Both the position numbers and the translations under genes were made by a program. A stretch of 64,000 nucleotides of DNA. Source: Eledone cirrhosa. Lineage: Eukaryota. The stretch lies in assembly GCA_964016885.1 (NCBI GenBank), contig OZ024754.1, forward strand, positions 18,104,001 to 18,168,000, given 5' to 3'. Below, in pieces: positions 51,571 through 64,000 of the stretch; the first letter of the stretch is position 1, and the number at the start of each line of letters is the position of its first letter. A model generated the notes under the pieces. It was not told the DNA's origin, did not search any database, and saw only the letters and a program-made list of their open reading frames with translations.

Positions 51571-53390
51571 CTTCCTTCCAATCCATTTTTTATGTCATTC
51601 TTCCAGATATTCCTTCTTTCCTAACCTCCCAACCCACTCCACCCTCCTTACAAGAAAATCTTCTTAATGTGTCTTTTGATGCAACCAGAAAAAAATACAA
51701 CAAAAAAAAAAAAGAAACTTCCAAATTCCTGATTATTTTTGGTAACTATATGGCCTCTACATCCTTCTTTCACTACACATCTCTTCATCAAGATATACAC
51801 ACCTCTAATCATTTAGTGCATATTTCTACATATTTATAGCGTGTCCATGCTGAGTTCTCTAAAATGACAGTGCTCTAATAATGCTTTGCCAGAAGCTTCT
51901 ACATAGCTATTTTTAAAGCGAGGAGTTGGATGGAATCACTTTTGATGTTCTCTCTCTTTTTTTTTTTTATATTAAATTTTAAATTGAGAATACTAAAAAG
52001 TTTAAATTAATATCCGACTAAGTATCTATTAAAAATGTCCAACATAGAATGGTCTAAGAGGGAATCAGTATTGTAAAATAGACCTGTAAAAGAAAACTCT
52101 TTAGAAAGCTGGCTTAGGAATAGACGTAGACACAATTTAATAAACCTAAATGGAAAGAAAAACAAAGAAAATTAGAAGTTCCACCTGGAATATAAAAACC
52201 TGAATGTTATCAAAAAAACAAATAAGCTGGCAGGTTAAGATCAAGGTACATAGACATATCAATATGTTATAAGTTTCATATGTCTAAAGCTATTATATAA
52301 CTAACAATGTAGACAAAATTGTGTGAGAGTGTGTATATATGTGTGTTTATATACATATATATATATATGTATGTACGTATACATACACATGTATGTAGAC
52401 ACACACATATGCACATATACAAACACAATACTAACACAGGTGTTTTTATTAAAGATGTAAGAGAATCTATTCTTACTTTAGATTGGAGTATGTATTTTCT
52501 TGAAATTTATGTAAACTTTCAACATCACACTCACCTTTACAATACTAGTCACCTTTTCAACATTATGTAACAGAATTCACAGAATCAAACAAACTATTTC
52601 TTTTTAAATTATTTTATTAACAAAGGATTACCATATATACTCAAATATAAGCCAACCCCACTATTTTATGCCTGAGAAATGGGCACAAATCCAAACCTTA
52701 TTTACATAGAATTTGAAGTTGGTGAAAATTGTCAAAATATTGACCCTGAATATAAGCTGACCCTCTTCTACCATCGATTTTTTGGTCCCATATTCCTCAG
52801 CTTATACCCGAGTATATACGGTCATTTTCTTTATTTCTTCCATTTTTATGCTAATAGCCAGTCTTGCATTTCATTTTAGAATACTAACAAACCTTTCATT
52901 ACCATATTTCTAATAAAAATGCTGCCTATGATTTTAATAGTCAGCTTTTTCAAACTAAATCTAATTGAAAGGTAAAAAATATATGAACTTTTACTACTCA
53001 TTAGTACTAATTATAAATGCAAACAAACTTTGACCCATTAATACTAATTATAAATGCAAATGAACCTTTACTCATTAGAACTAATTATAAATGTTCACTT
53101 AATTACAATAATTTAGTATAATTTCTCTACTGAAAGACATGATATATTTCAACATATACATGCTCCAATCATATATGTTAGAGTTTTTATATTTCAACCA
53201 ACAAGTATTCAGCTGATAATATACCAGTAACAAAATACTTTTTGGAACATACACAAATCAATACATTCTAGAAATCTGAAAATACCATTTTCTTTCTTTA
53301 TTTTTTTTTGTTTTTATTTTTTTTGTTTTCCAGAGTAAGCTACATTACGTTTTTATATATTTCCTTAGTAAAAAAAAAATTTTAAGTTAC

Positions 53391-53534
53391 CTCCTTCTTC
53401 ACCTTTCTTCTTTTTCTTAGTTTCTTTGTCATCTTGATTAGATGCACCAAGCAAAGCAAATATGATGCCAGTTTGAGAGTTTATACCCACAGCTGTAATT
53501 AGCATTTTACCACTTCCTTCCATAACATGAGTTC
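53391..53534 (-). CDS. PMCA: Plasma-membrane Ca2+-transporting ATPase exon (end of the actuator domain, up to splice site A)
   Basis: Encodes [31 protein letters not shown]..., a PMCA signature. AG acceptor at 53536-53535, GTAACT donor, phase 1-1, 144 nt. Confidence 0.93.
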
Positions 53535-53624
53535 CTTGGGAAATAAAAACAAACAAAACAATTACTTTAAGTTATATAACATCCAGTAATAATTTGAAAA
53601 TATTTTTAAATAGGTTTGTTAATT

Positions 53625-54390
53625 GAAATGTTTATAGTAACTGTACTAGTGGAGAGAAATGTTTATAGTAACAATACTAGCAGAGAGAAATGTTTATAGT
53701 AACAATACTAGCAGAGAGAAATGTTTATAGTAACTACTAGTGGAGAGAAATGTTTGTAGTAACTACTAGTGGAGAGAAATGTTTATAGTAACTACTAGTG
53801 GAGAGAAATGTTTATAGTAACTACTAGTGGAGAGAAATGTTTATAGTAACTACTAGTGGAGAGAAATGTTTATAGTAACAATTCTAGCAGAGAGAAATGT
53901 TTATAGTAACTCTACTAGCAGAGAAAAATGTTTATAGTAACTACTAGTGGAAAGAAATGTTTGTAGTAACTACTAGTGGAGAGAAATGTTTATAGTAACT
54001 ACCAGCAGAGAGAAATGTTTATAGTAACTACTAGCAGAGAGAAATGTTTATAGTAACTACTAGTGGAGAGAAATGTTTATAGTAACAATACTAGCAGAGA
54101 GAAATGTTTATAGTAACTACTAGTGGAGAGAAATGTTTATAGTAACTCTACTAGCAGAGAGAAATATTTATAGTAACTACTAGTGGAGAGAAATGTTTAT
54201 AGTAACTCTACTAGCAGAGAGAAATGTTTATAGTAACTACTAGTGGAGAGAAATGTTTATAGTAACTACTAGTGGAGAGAAATGTTTATAGTAACTCTAC
54301 TAGCAGAGAGAAATGTTTATAGTAACTCTACTAGCAGAGAGAAATGTTTATAGTAACTACTAGTGGAGAGAAATGTTTATAGTAACAGTA
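53625..54390. repeat. 29/31-bp minisatellite within a PMCA intron
   Basis: Unit GAAATGTTTATAGTAACTACTAGTGGAGA, roughly 25 copies. Confidence 0.95.
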
Positions 54391-55430
54391 CTACTAAGAG
54401 CCATGTAGTAGTAGTGGTGGTGGTGTTGGTGTATGTAGTTATAGTATTAAAAACCGGACGATTAACATCAAATAATCTAGCTTTTGTTTGTCTTTACGGT
54501 AAATAAAATATTAACATCCTTTAACATCTGTTAACAAAATCAAAATTTAAGATTTCCATTTTGATGAAAGCTGGTCTCTTAAAAGAAAAGCTAATATTCT
54601 CACATACCATTCCATTTTGGAAACTGGACACAGAAATGTTTTTAATAAATGAACTAATCTCAAAATAGTTTTTAAATTATTTAATGTTTTTTTTTTTATA
54701 TATGAATTAAACCAGTTATCACTGAGTTGTTATAACCCTAGTTTGTAAACCGAACTTTTGGAGGGAATTCTCAGAGATATTCCTAAAAATAAAAGTAAAG
54801 TAATCTGTTACTACTACTACTACTGTAGTAGTAGTAACAGATTACAAATGCCTATCATATTTGTTAAATGTTGAAATATGATATAAAACTATACTGCTTA
54901 TTATAGATAACTCAGTAATTTAAATCAAAATTAAGGTGATATCATAAACTATTTGAACTTTAGAAGTAAGCTGTTTCAACTTAGAAAAATGACAAGGTAT
55001 GATGATGCATAAAAACTTGGCATACATTATTGAAACTTGTACCTCAGAGATAGTGACTCAACTGTTTAAACATAGCTCAGACATTGAGCACACTTTGTTT
55101 TTGTTGTTTTCACTGTTTAGTCTGGGAAGGAAGTGAAGCAGCCATGAACACATGAATATTTTTCAGAGCTCCAAGACCAGTATGGGGGGACGGACGGACG
55201 GACGGACTGAAACCTGGTTCAAAATAGTGTAGACCCCACTAAAAGCACCGAAGAGTAAGTTGGTGGAGTTAAACTGGACAACAGTGCCAATTTGCATGAA
55301 GTCAGACTATATATACATACATTGTATAATATCTGCATTACATTTTAAGAGTTTTTAGTGACAAAACCTACAGAATACTCAAGGTAAATGTAGTCAACAT
55401 AAGCAGGTTTATTATTAAAAAAAGACTTAC

Positions 55431-55556
55431 CAGATAAGAGAATAGGATCACACTCTACACTCTTTTTCACATGGTCAGATTCACCAGTCAATGAACTTTC
55501 ATCTATTTTTAAATCATTGCACTGAATAAGGACACCATCAGAGGGAAGTAAATCAC
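55431..55556 (-). CDS. PMCA: Plasma-membrane Ca2+-transporting ATPase exon (actuator domain, TGES motif)
   Basis: Encodes [50 protein letters not shown] acceptor, GTAAGT donor, 126 nt, phase 1-1; joins 53391-53534 in frame. Confidence 0.95.
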
Positions 55557-56045
55557 CTGAAAACAACAACATATATATTATTTAGGGTTCAATATTAACA
55601 AACAAATAGTGTAGTGTGTGAGAGTGTTTGTGTGTGTAGTGTATGTTGTATGTGTGTGTAGTGTGTGAGCGTAGTGTGCAAGCACAAAGATGGTACTGCT
55701 GATGCATATAGGATGATAATCAGTTAGGGGGTTTAGGGTTAATATTTCACGAAACCCAGTATAAGCTCTGGACTTCCTTCAACCTATGCAAGTATGGAAG
55801 AACAGACATAAAAACAATGGTTCTAGTACTAGTTTTTCTGGTAAAATGAAAGTAAAAAGTCATGCATGTTTCCACTGCAGGATCTTTCTGGGGTTTGTTA
55901 TAAGAATGATACATGTCTAGTCTGGTTACAGTTATCCAGGTTGTGTATGACTTATACCTGTGTATAGTGTATGGGTGGTGTCATGTGGCTTATGGTTGTA
56001 TGTAGATTGTGGTATCATATGGCTTATATCTGTGTGTAGGTTTAA

Positions 56046-56256
56046 CCCTTTAGCATTTACATTACTCTATTGTATTTTTTGTGGTAAAGGCTTTATTTCA
56101 CATAATTATCTCACAATATCGAATCTACAGGAATTAGATGTTATTTATTTTGAGAACAATACCTTAACATAAGTATGAGTGGCTGGTTACAGCCTGTTTG
56201 AACAGAAAGAGGTGAGAGAATTCTGGCCAGATATGGGCGGTTTAAATGCTAAAGGG
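56046..56256. mobile_element. piggyBac-type MITE (decayed relative at ~45540-45745)
   Basis: TTAA TSD on both sides and 14-bp TIRs CCCTTTAGCATTTA. Confidence 0.8.
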
Positions 56257-57531
56257 TTAAGAGGAGTGAAGGGTGGTACCATGTCTGCTGGTATCATTAT
56301 CTAGGTTGTGTTATAGCTTATGCCAGTGTATAGAAGATCAAAGAAGAGTAAAGGATGGTAACATTTGCATATGTGTCTAAGTAGGTTGTTAATGTGCACA
56401 AAAAAAAAAAGAAAAGAAAAAGAACCAACAAAACTCTTAACAGAAATTTAAAACAAATCCTAACCTCATAATTTTAATGGCAATTTTAATACTTGTGATT
56501 CAAACATGTCTACTTTCTTTATGAAATACAATAAATATTTAAATACTTTTGTTAACAAATCTTTGTATAGGTAAGAGCTTTAGACAGACATGAATGATGT
56601 ATGTACTGTCACACATCCACTTGTTTGTAGTAGAATCAAATTTTGATTAAATGGCCATGTCTGTTTTCCATACAATGAAGTCATTAAAGCATATCGGTTT
56701 ACAATATCAATATTCATACAGAATACGTCCCACCCTTGCAAGCAGGGAAAAGCAGACGTAAAATGATGATAATCAATGCATATTACCATGATCAGCCCAA
56801 CTCCATTTATACAATACACAGTTATACGTAACAGTCATAGATCATACTGATCTCCACATTGCTCTCAAACTATAAACCAAAATGTGTCAGAATGTGGTCC
56901 ATAACTAGCTAGATATATTTGAAGTGCTACCTCTACCTGAGGATTTTACCCAGTTTTTTCATTATACATGTGCTGTGTTTGCTCGATTAAATCTAACCTG
57001 GGTTACACGAGAACACAAACTAAATTTTTTCCAAAAATATTTTAATTCAAATTATTAGAATACACTCAATGAATGTAATGTGTAATTCTGTTTCTTTTGT
57101 TGTTGTTGTCACAGCTAACAACTATACAAGTTTACTTCGCCTCCTACAAGGTGTATCATAGGAGGTTTCTCAGGTGTTTTAATGATAGGATTTTTACATA
57201 AACTGGTAGAAAAATATCTCAACTAAACTCTATTTTAAATACTTTTCTAAGTAAATAATTGTTCCCAAAACATTGATTTGCAGGACAAATCTAGTCACGT
57301 AAGCAAAGTAATTCCATAAATATCTTTGGAGAGACTATGTACCAATTACCATCTCAGCGTACTAACACATAAACCAAGTAGCATGTCCATCAATTACAAG
57401 AGCAACACTGAAGCTAAATAGCTGAGAGTAAATTAATGATAGACTACTACTCATCAATATTAGGATGACTAAACAAGGCAGACATAGTCAACTGATTCAC
57501 TGAACCAATGACTGTAACAATAATGTAACAA

Positions 57532-58184
57532 TCTAAACTATAATAAAGGAAGGTCTGCGGGATTGCGTACGGTTTAATTTTTTTTTTATCCCGTTTGTAA
57601 AATGTTGGATTACTTTGAATAAATAATTGTTTCTACTTTTGGCACAAGGCCAGCAAATTACCAGTACATTACTGGTACTTTATTACACATGAATAAATAA
57701 TTGTTTCTACTATTGGCACAAGGCCAGCAATTACCCAGTACATTACTGGTACTTTATTTTATCGACCCCAGTAAGGATGAAAGGCAAAGTTAACAATGAA
57801 TGAATATTACATACTTTATCTACTAAATTTTGTGGCTATTCATTAAATATATTTTGTTTATTTAAAGATTCACTTCTTTAAAATTTTTGAAATGTCAACA
57901 CTCCCGGTGGCGATTGCTTAAATAAACATACTAATTTTCCGTCACTAATTTTCTCCTAATGCAGTTTATATATAATATTGTCTTTTTTAATGTATCATGG
58001 ATTACATTACTGATTACATAAGACAGTGTAACACAGTCTTCGTTCAATTTCTATGTATTATATATTGTCAATTACGATTTTATTTGATGTATCATATCTA
58101 CATGTATATATACCTGCGTATAATATCAATATACACACTACACATGCTAGCAGAAAACCACCGGAAGGGTGGTTTTTCTGCTAG
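57532..58184 (+). mobile_element. Non-autonomous Helitron with a SINE fragment inside (~57620-57790)
   Basis: 5' TC, 3' hairpin AAAACCACC-GGAAG-GGTGGTTTT followed by CTAG, inserted between A and T. Confidence 0.75.
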
Positions 58185-58202
58185 TCTTTACATAACTGAC
58201 CT

Positions 58203-58820
58203 AAAGAGGACAGCTACACATTACAAGAGGACAGCTACACACTACAGGAGGCCAGCTACACATTACAGGAGGCCAGCTACACATTACAAGAGGACAGCTA
58301 CACACTACAGGAGGCCAGTTACACATTACAGGAGGCCAGCTACACATTACAGGAGGCCAGCTACACATTACAGGAGGATAGCTACACACTACAGGAGGCC
58401 AGCTACACATTACAGGATAGCTACACATTACAGGAGGACAGCTACACACTACAGGAGGACAGCTACACACTACAGGAGGATAGCTACACATTACAGGAGG
58501 ACAGCTACACACTACAGGAGGACAGCTACACATTACAGGACAGCTACACACTACAAGAGGACAGCTACACACTACAGGAGGCCAGCTACACATTACAGGA
58601 GGACAGCTACACATTACAGGAGGACAGCTACACATTACAGGAGGACAGCTACACACTATAAGAGGACAGCTACACACTACAGGAGGCCAGCTACACATTA
58701 CAGGAGGACAGCTACACACTACAAGAGGATAGCTACACAGTGCAGAAGGACAGCAACACACTACAGGAGGACAGTTACACAGTACAAAAAGACAGCTGCA
58801 CACAACAGGAGGACAGCTTA
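58203..58820. repeat. 21-bp minisatellite
   Basis: Unit AGGACAGCTACACATTACAGG; it creates the repetitive RTATHYR ORF. Confidence 0.95.
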
Positions 58821-59502
58821 CAAATCATAGGAATAAAATCAAGCAACAAATTAAAGAAAAGATCTCAGAAAATGGTCTTCATTTATATTAAGCCTAAATC
58901 ACAAAATGAATAAATAACCATGTTATAAAATTGGTAAAATGGTAAAGTTATGAGAGTGTTCGATTATTCCAGCTTACTGAGTTCAATGTTTGCCTTTTAT
59001 GTTTTTGTGGTCAATAGAGAACCAGTTTAGGGGCAGTGGGTTGGCAGAATGGTTAGAGGGTCAGATGGGATACTTTACAGTTAGCTGATTTCTGATTTCA
59101 AATCCTCCCGCCAAGAGATGTGACCAGCAGTTAGTATCAGCAATGGAAAGACCAATGGAAATAATTTCTTTGGTCTGATCTAACAACCAGACCCCTTTTT
59201 CTTATTTCTTTCTAGAGCCATTTCCACCAACAACCATACAACACCAATACTCCACAGTAACAGCGTTAAACAAGACATTTAACAACACACACTTCTTTTA
59301 ATTCATAACATCTCAAAATTATTTAGCAGAAAATATCTAAAAATGGGTTTGTTAATTCAAATGTTTACAGCATCTTTACTAGTGAACAGATAGTCATGAA
59401 AATTTGCAATATTTGAGTAAAGACTTTAATTTCTAATGTGATGCAGTTATAGAACTCTTTTAAACCTTTTAAGAATATCTTGGTCATGCAGTACATGACA
59501 TC

Positions 59503-59745
59503 TTATTCATCCACATATTCCTGGGAAGGTCGTGGAGGCAGAGTCTTCAAGCATTTCTTCCAGTGGGTTTTACCAGGAGTCTTCAATTGATCTGGCTGGA
59601 TCACCAAGCAAGACCAGCCAAGCTCATGGATGTTATCCAACCATCTTGCTTGGGGTCTACCTCTAGGTCTCCTGCCAGTTGGTTTTGTCCATAAAATCTG
59701 TCCAGCAATTCTAACCACATGTCTGTAATATCTCTCAATTGGGAG
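59503..59745 (-). mobile_element. RTE-like LINE 3' end fragment
   Basis: Encodes KPTGRRPRGRPQARWLDNI, an RTE C-terminal motif. Confidence 0.65.
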
Positions 59746-59769
59746 AAGTAGCAAATCTACTTGGAGCGC

Positions 59770-60376
59770 AAGTCTGGATAAATGTCATTGGTACTAGCCG
59801 GATGGAATGTGACATTGTGGCGAAATAGTATTGTACATATGGGGAAAGTCTGGATAAATGTCCTTGGTACCGGGCAGATTGAAGGTGAAATAGGGGAAAG
59901 TCTGGATAAATGTCCTTGGTACCGGACAGATTGAAGGTGAAATAGGGGAAAGTCTGGATAAATGTCCTTGGTACCGGGCAGACTGAAGGTGAAATAGGCG
60001 AAAGTCTGGATAAATGTCCTTGGAACCGGGCAGATTGAAGGTGAAATAGGGGAAAGTCTGGATAAATGTCCTTGGTACCAGACAGATTGAAGGTGAAATA
60101 GGCGAAAGTCTGGATAAATGTCCTTGGTACTGGACAGATTGAAGGTGAAATAGGGGAAAGTCTGGATAAATGTCTTTGGTACCAGACAGATTGAAGGTGA
60201 AATAGGCGAAAGTCTGGATAAATGTCCTTGGTACTGGACAGATTGAAGGTGAAATAGGGGAAAGTCTGGATAAATGTCTTTGGTACCAGACAGATTGAAG
60301 GTGAAATAGGCGAAAGTCTGGATAAATGTCCTTGGTACCAGACAGATTGAAGGTGAAATAGGGGAAAGTCTGGATA
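59770..60376. repeat. 52-bp tandem repeat, about 10 copies
   Basis: Unit AAAGTCTGGATAAATGTCCTTGGTACCGGGCAGATTGAAGGTGAAATAGGGG at 59845, 59897 and onward. Confidence 0.95.
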
Positions 60377-60574
60377 GCATGGTCCAACAGAGAATAGTAC
60401 CAAATAGCTAGAAGAGATGCTAAATATTAGATTTACTTTGCAAGAAGGGAAACAGAAAGTAATAGGTTTGTCAATGTTTTGCAGTGTATGATACTCCAAA
60501 TTGCAAGCCAGTAAACTAAAGAGAACTGGAACACTGTGAGATAGAAGTGTCTATGGAATGACAGCAGACATTTG

Positions 60575-61260
60575 CTCTCACTGATGTTGAAAAGAAAGAT
60601 GCATGACAGTACTACGATGAGAGGCTGCTAAATGAGGAAAATGCATGGGAGTGTGAAGGTTTACCCCAAGTTGACCAAACTGTGGGACTGGCCACCATCT
60701 AAGTTGACAGCAGTATGGTAGATAAAGCAATAATGGGTATGAAGGTAGGAAAACCAGCTGACTCTTCAAGGATTGTTGTTGAAATAATTAAATTGACAGA
60801 GCAGGCTAGTCACCTGTATAGTTAATCAAGTAGTAGAGTAAAGTATCATACGTAGTGATTGACACAGCAGTCTAATTGTCAACTGCTACAAAGGCAAAGG
60901 TGATGTAATAGAGAGGAAATTACAGAGGTATCAAACTATTGTATCAGGTTATGAAGGTTCCAGAAAGACTGATAGCACAATTAATTAGGGATAGAATTAA
61001 TCCTAGGTGACATGTCATTTGGTTTTGTACTGGAATGAAGAACTAATGCTGTCATATTACTGGAGAGACAACTGCAATAAAAGCGTTTATCCCTTACAAT
61101 TAGCATTTGTTGACTTGGAAAAGGACACTGACGGAGACCCACACTCTGTAATTTGGTAGGCAATTAGAAAGCTATGGATGGGTGGCTTGTGGGAGCTGTT
61201 CACCCCGTATACAAAGGCAGAGGCAGCAATGTCCCTCGGTTTATTATAGTTTTTCATGCA
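60575..61260 (+). mobile_element. Old, decayed RTE LINE fragment
   Basis: Nucleotide similarity to 2400-3030 (NCYKGKGD, NYRGIKL and AFVDLEK remnants). Confidence 0.75.
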
Positions 61261-61299
61261 ATAACATGAATTTAAGGCTGATTGTCTATGTATAGAGTA

Positions 61300-64000
61300 G
61301 ATGGTATAGGGATGGTACAGAGCTGGTGGTATACCATCTCTATACCAGAGATATAGAGATAGTATAGAGATGGTGGTATAGAGGTGGCATAGAGATGGTG
61401 GTATAGAGGTGTCATAGAGATGGTATAGAGATGAAGGCATAGAGATGGTATAGAAATGGAGGAATATAGATGGTATAGAGATGGTATATAGATGCTGGTA
61501 TAGAGATGTTATAGAGGTGGTGGTATAAAGATAGTGTAGAGATGGTATAGAGGTGGTATAGCGATGGTATAGAGTTGGTGGTATAGAAATGGTATAGAGG
61601 TGATATAGAGATGGTGGCATAGAGAAGTTATAGAGCTGGTTGTAGAGATGGTATAGAGATGAAGATATAGAGATGCTATAGAGGTGGTATAGAGTTGGTG
61701 GTATAGAGATGGAGGTAAAGAGATAGTATACAGATGGTGGTATAGAGATGATGGTATAAAGATGATGGTATAGAGATGTTATAGACATGGGAGAGAGATG
61801 GTGATTTAGAGATGGTATAGAGGTGGTATAGAGCTGGTGGTATAAAGATGATAAGATATGGTAGAGAGATGGTGGTACAGAGATAGTATAGAGGTGGTAG
61901 AATAGCGTTGGTGATGAAGAAATGGGATAGAGATGGTAGTATAGAGATGGTATAAAGATGGTGGTGTAAGAATGGTGGTATAGAGGTGGTATGGAGATGG
62001 TGTAGAGTGGTGGTATAGAGATAGTGGTATAGAGTTGGTATTGAGGTGGTATAGAGATGGTATGCAGATGGTAGTATGTAGATGGTATAGAAATGGTATA
62101 GAGATGGTAGAGAGCTGGTGGTATAGAGATGGTAGAGAGCTGGTAGTATAGAGATGGTAGAGAGCTGTTGGTATAGAGATGGAAGAGAGCTATTGGTAGA
62201 GAGATGGTAGAGAGCTGTTGGTATAGAGATGGTAGAGAGCTGTTGGTATAGAGATGGTAGGGAGCTGGTGGTATAGAGATGGTAGAGAGCTGGTAGAGAG
62301 CTAGTGGTATAGAGCTGTTGGTATAGAGATGGTAGAAAGCTGGTGGTATAGAGATGGTAGAGAGTTGGTGGTATAGAGATGGTAGAGAGCAGTTGCTATA
62401 GAGATAGCAGAAAGCTGGTGGTATAGAGATGGTAGAAAGCTGTTGGTATAGAGATGGTAGAGAGCTAGTGGTATAGAGATGGTAAAGAGCTGTTGGTATA
62501 GAGATGGTAGAGAGCTGGTGGTATAGAGATGGTAGAGAGCTAGTGGTATAGAGATGGTAGAGAGCTGGTGGTATAGAGATGGTAGAGAGCTGGTGGTATA
62601 GAGATGGTAGAGAGCTGGTGGTATAGAGCTGTTGGTATAGAGATGGTAGAGAGCTGTTGGTATAGAGATGGTAGAAAGCTGTTGGTGTAGAGATAGCAGA
62701 GAGCTGGTAGTATAGAGATGGTAGAGAGCTGTTGGTATAGAGATGGTAGAGAGCTGTTGGTATAGAGATGGTAGAGAGCTCTTGGTATAGAGATGGTAGA
62801 GAGCTCGTGGTAGGGAGATGGCAGAGACGTGTTGGTATAGAGATGGTAGAGAGCTGTTGGTATAGAGATAGCAGAGAGCTGGTGGTATAGAGATGGTAGA
62901 GAGCTGTTGGTATAGAGATGGTAGAGAGCTGTTGGTATAGAGATGTTAGAGAGCTGTTGTTATAGAGATGGTAGAGAGCTATTGGTATAGAGATGGTAGA
63001 GAGCTGTTGGTATGGAGATAGCAGAGAGCTGGTAGTATAGAGATAGCAGAGAGCTGGTAGAGAGCTGGTAGTATAGAGATGGTAGAGAGCTGTTGGTATA
63101 GAGATGGTAGAGAGCTGTTGTATAGAGATGGTAGAAAGCTGTTGGTGTTGAGATAGCAGAGAGCTGGTAGTGTAGAGATAGCAGAGAGCTGGTAGTATAG
63201 AGATGGTAGAGAGCTGTTGGTATAGAGATGGTAGAGAGGTGTTGGCATAGAGATAGCAGAGAGCTGGTAGTATAGAGATGGTAGAGAGCTGGTATAGAGA
63301 TGGTAGAGAGCTGGTGGTATAGAGATGGTAGAGAGCTGGTGGTATAGAGATTGTAGAGAGCTGTGGGTATAGAGATGGTAGAGAGCTAGTGGTATAGAGC
63401 TGTTGGTATAGAGATGGTATAGAGCTGTGGGTATAGAGATGGTAGAGAGCTAGGGGTATAGAGATGGTAGAGAGCTGGTGGTATAGAGATGGTATAGAGC
63501 TGTTGGTATAGAGATAGTAGAGAGCTGGTGGTATAGAGATGGTAGAGAGCTGGTGGTATAGAGATGGTAGAGAGCTGGTGGTATAGAGATGGTAGAGAGC
63601 TAGTGGTATAGAGCTGGCAGAGACCTGTTGGTATAGAGATGGTAGAGAGCTATTGGCATAGATATGGTAGAGAACTGTTGGTATAGAGATAGCAGAGAGC
63701 TGGTAGTATAGAGATGGTAGAGAGTTGCTGGTATAGAGATGTTAGAGAGCTGTTGTTATAGAGATGGTAGGGAGCTGTTGGTATAGAGATAACAGAGAGC
63801 TGGTAGTATAGAGATGGTAGAGAGCTGGTAGTATAGAGATGGTAGAGACCTGTTGGTATAGAGATGGTAGAGAGCTGTTGGTATAGAGATGGTAGAAAGC
63901 TGTTGGTGTAGAGATAGCAGAGAGCTGGTAGTATAGAGATGGTAGAGAGCTGTTGGTACAGAGATGGTAGAGAGCTGTTGGTATAGAGATGGTAGAGAGC
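61300..64000. repeat. Long 25-bp satellite/minisatellite array continuing past the window end
   Basis: Unit GGTATAGAGATGGTAGAGAGCTGTT; degenerate at 61300-62100 and more homogeneous afterwards. Confidence 0.95.

Noticed and set aside
52008-52083. Strong acceptor TTTTCTTTTACAG followed by a short open frame
   Set aside because: No suitable donor precedes the stop, and there is no PMCA similarity.
57997-58830. 277-aa repetitive ORF (RRTATHY)n and the Cys/Pro-rich antisense ORF
   Set aside because: By-product of a 21-bp minisatellite in a PMCA intron; there is no unique domain or splice support.
59735-60499. Three overlapping ~200-250-aa ORFs; regular repeats that superficially resemble a CRISPR array
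   Set aside because: A 52-bp head-to-tail tandem repeat with no unique spacers. All frames cycle through the same stop-free sequence, and the context is eukaryotic with no cas genes.

Overview
AT-rich, repeat-dense animal DNA. The (TA)n/(CA)n microsatellites and the RTE LINE/SINE repertoire suggest a coleoid cephalopod such as Octopus (inference). The only host gene seen is a plasma-membrane Ca2+-ATPase (PMCA/ATP2B) on the minus strand, with two clear exons (55431-55556, 53391-53534) and a probable 36-nt splice-site-A microexon (43878-43913); the rest appears intronic. The introns hold decayed RTE LINEs whose ORF2 carries a PHD-type finger after the RT core, tRNA-derived SINEs, a full-length Gypsy LTR element with a CAATC TSD, a DD37D (maT) Tc1/mariner, Helitron-, piggyBac- and hAT-like non-autonomous elements, and several minisatellites. 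The most striking signal lies at 23.4-39.8 kb. There, a Naiad-like Penelope element (GIY-YIG) and a series of 100-510 bp fold-back palindromes carry about a dozen type I hammerhead-ribozyme motifs of several distinct families on both strands. These show compensatory stem changes and U3-A8 core variants. All folds were read by eye and are untested.
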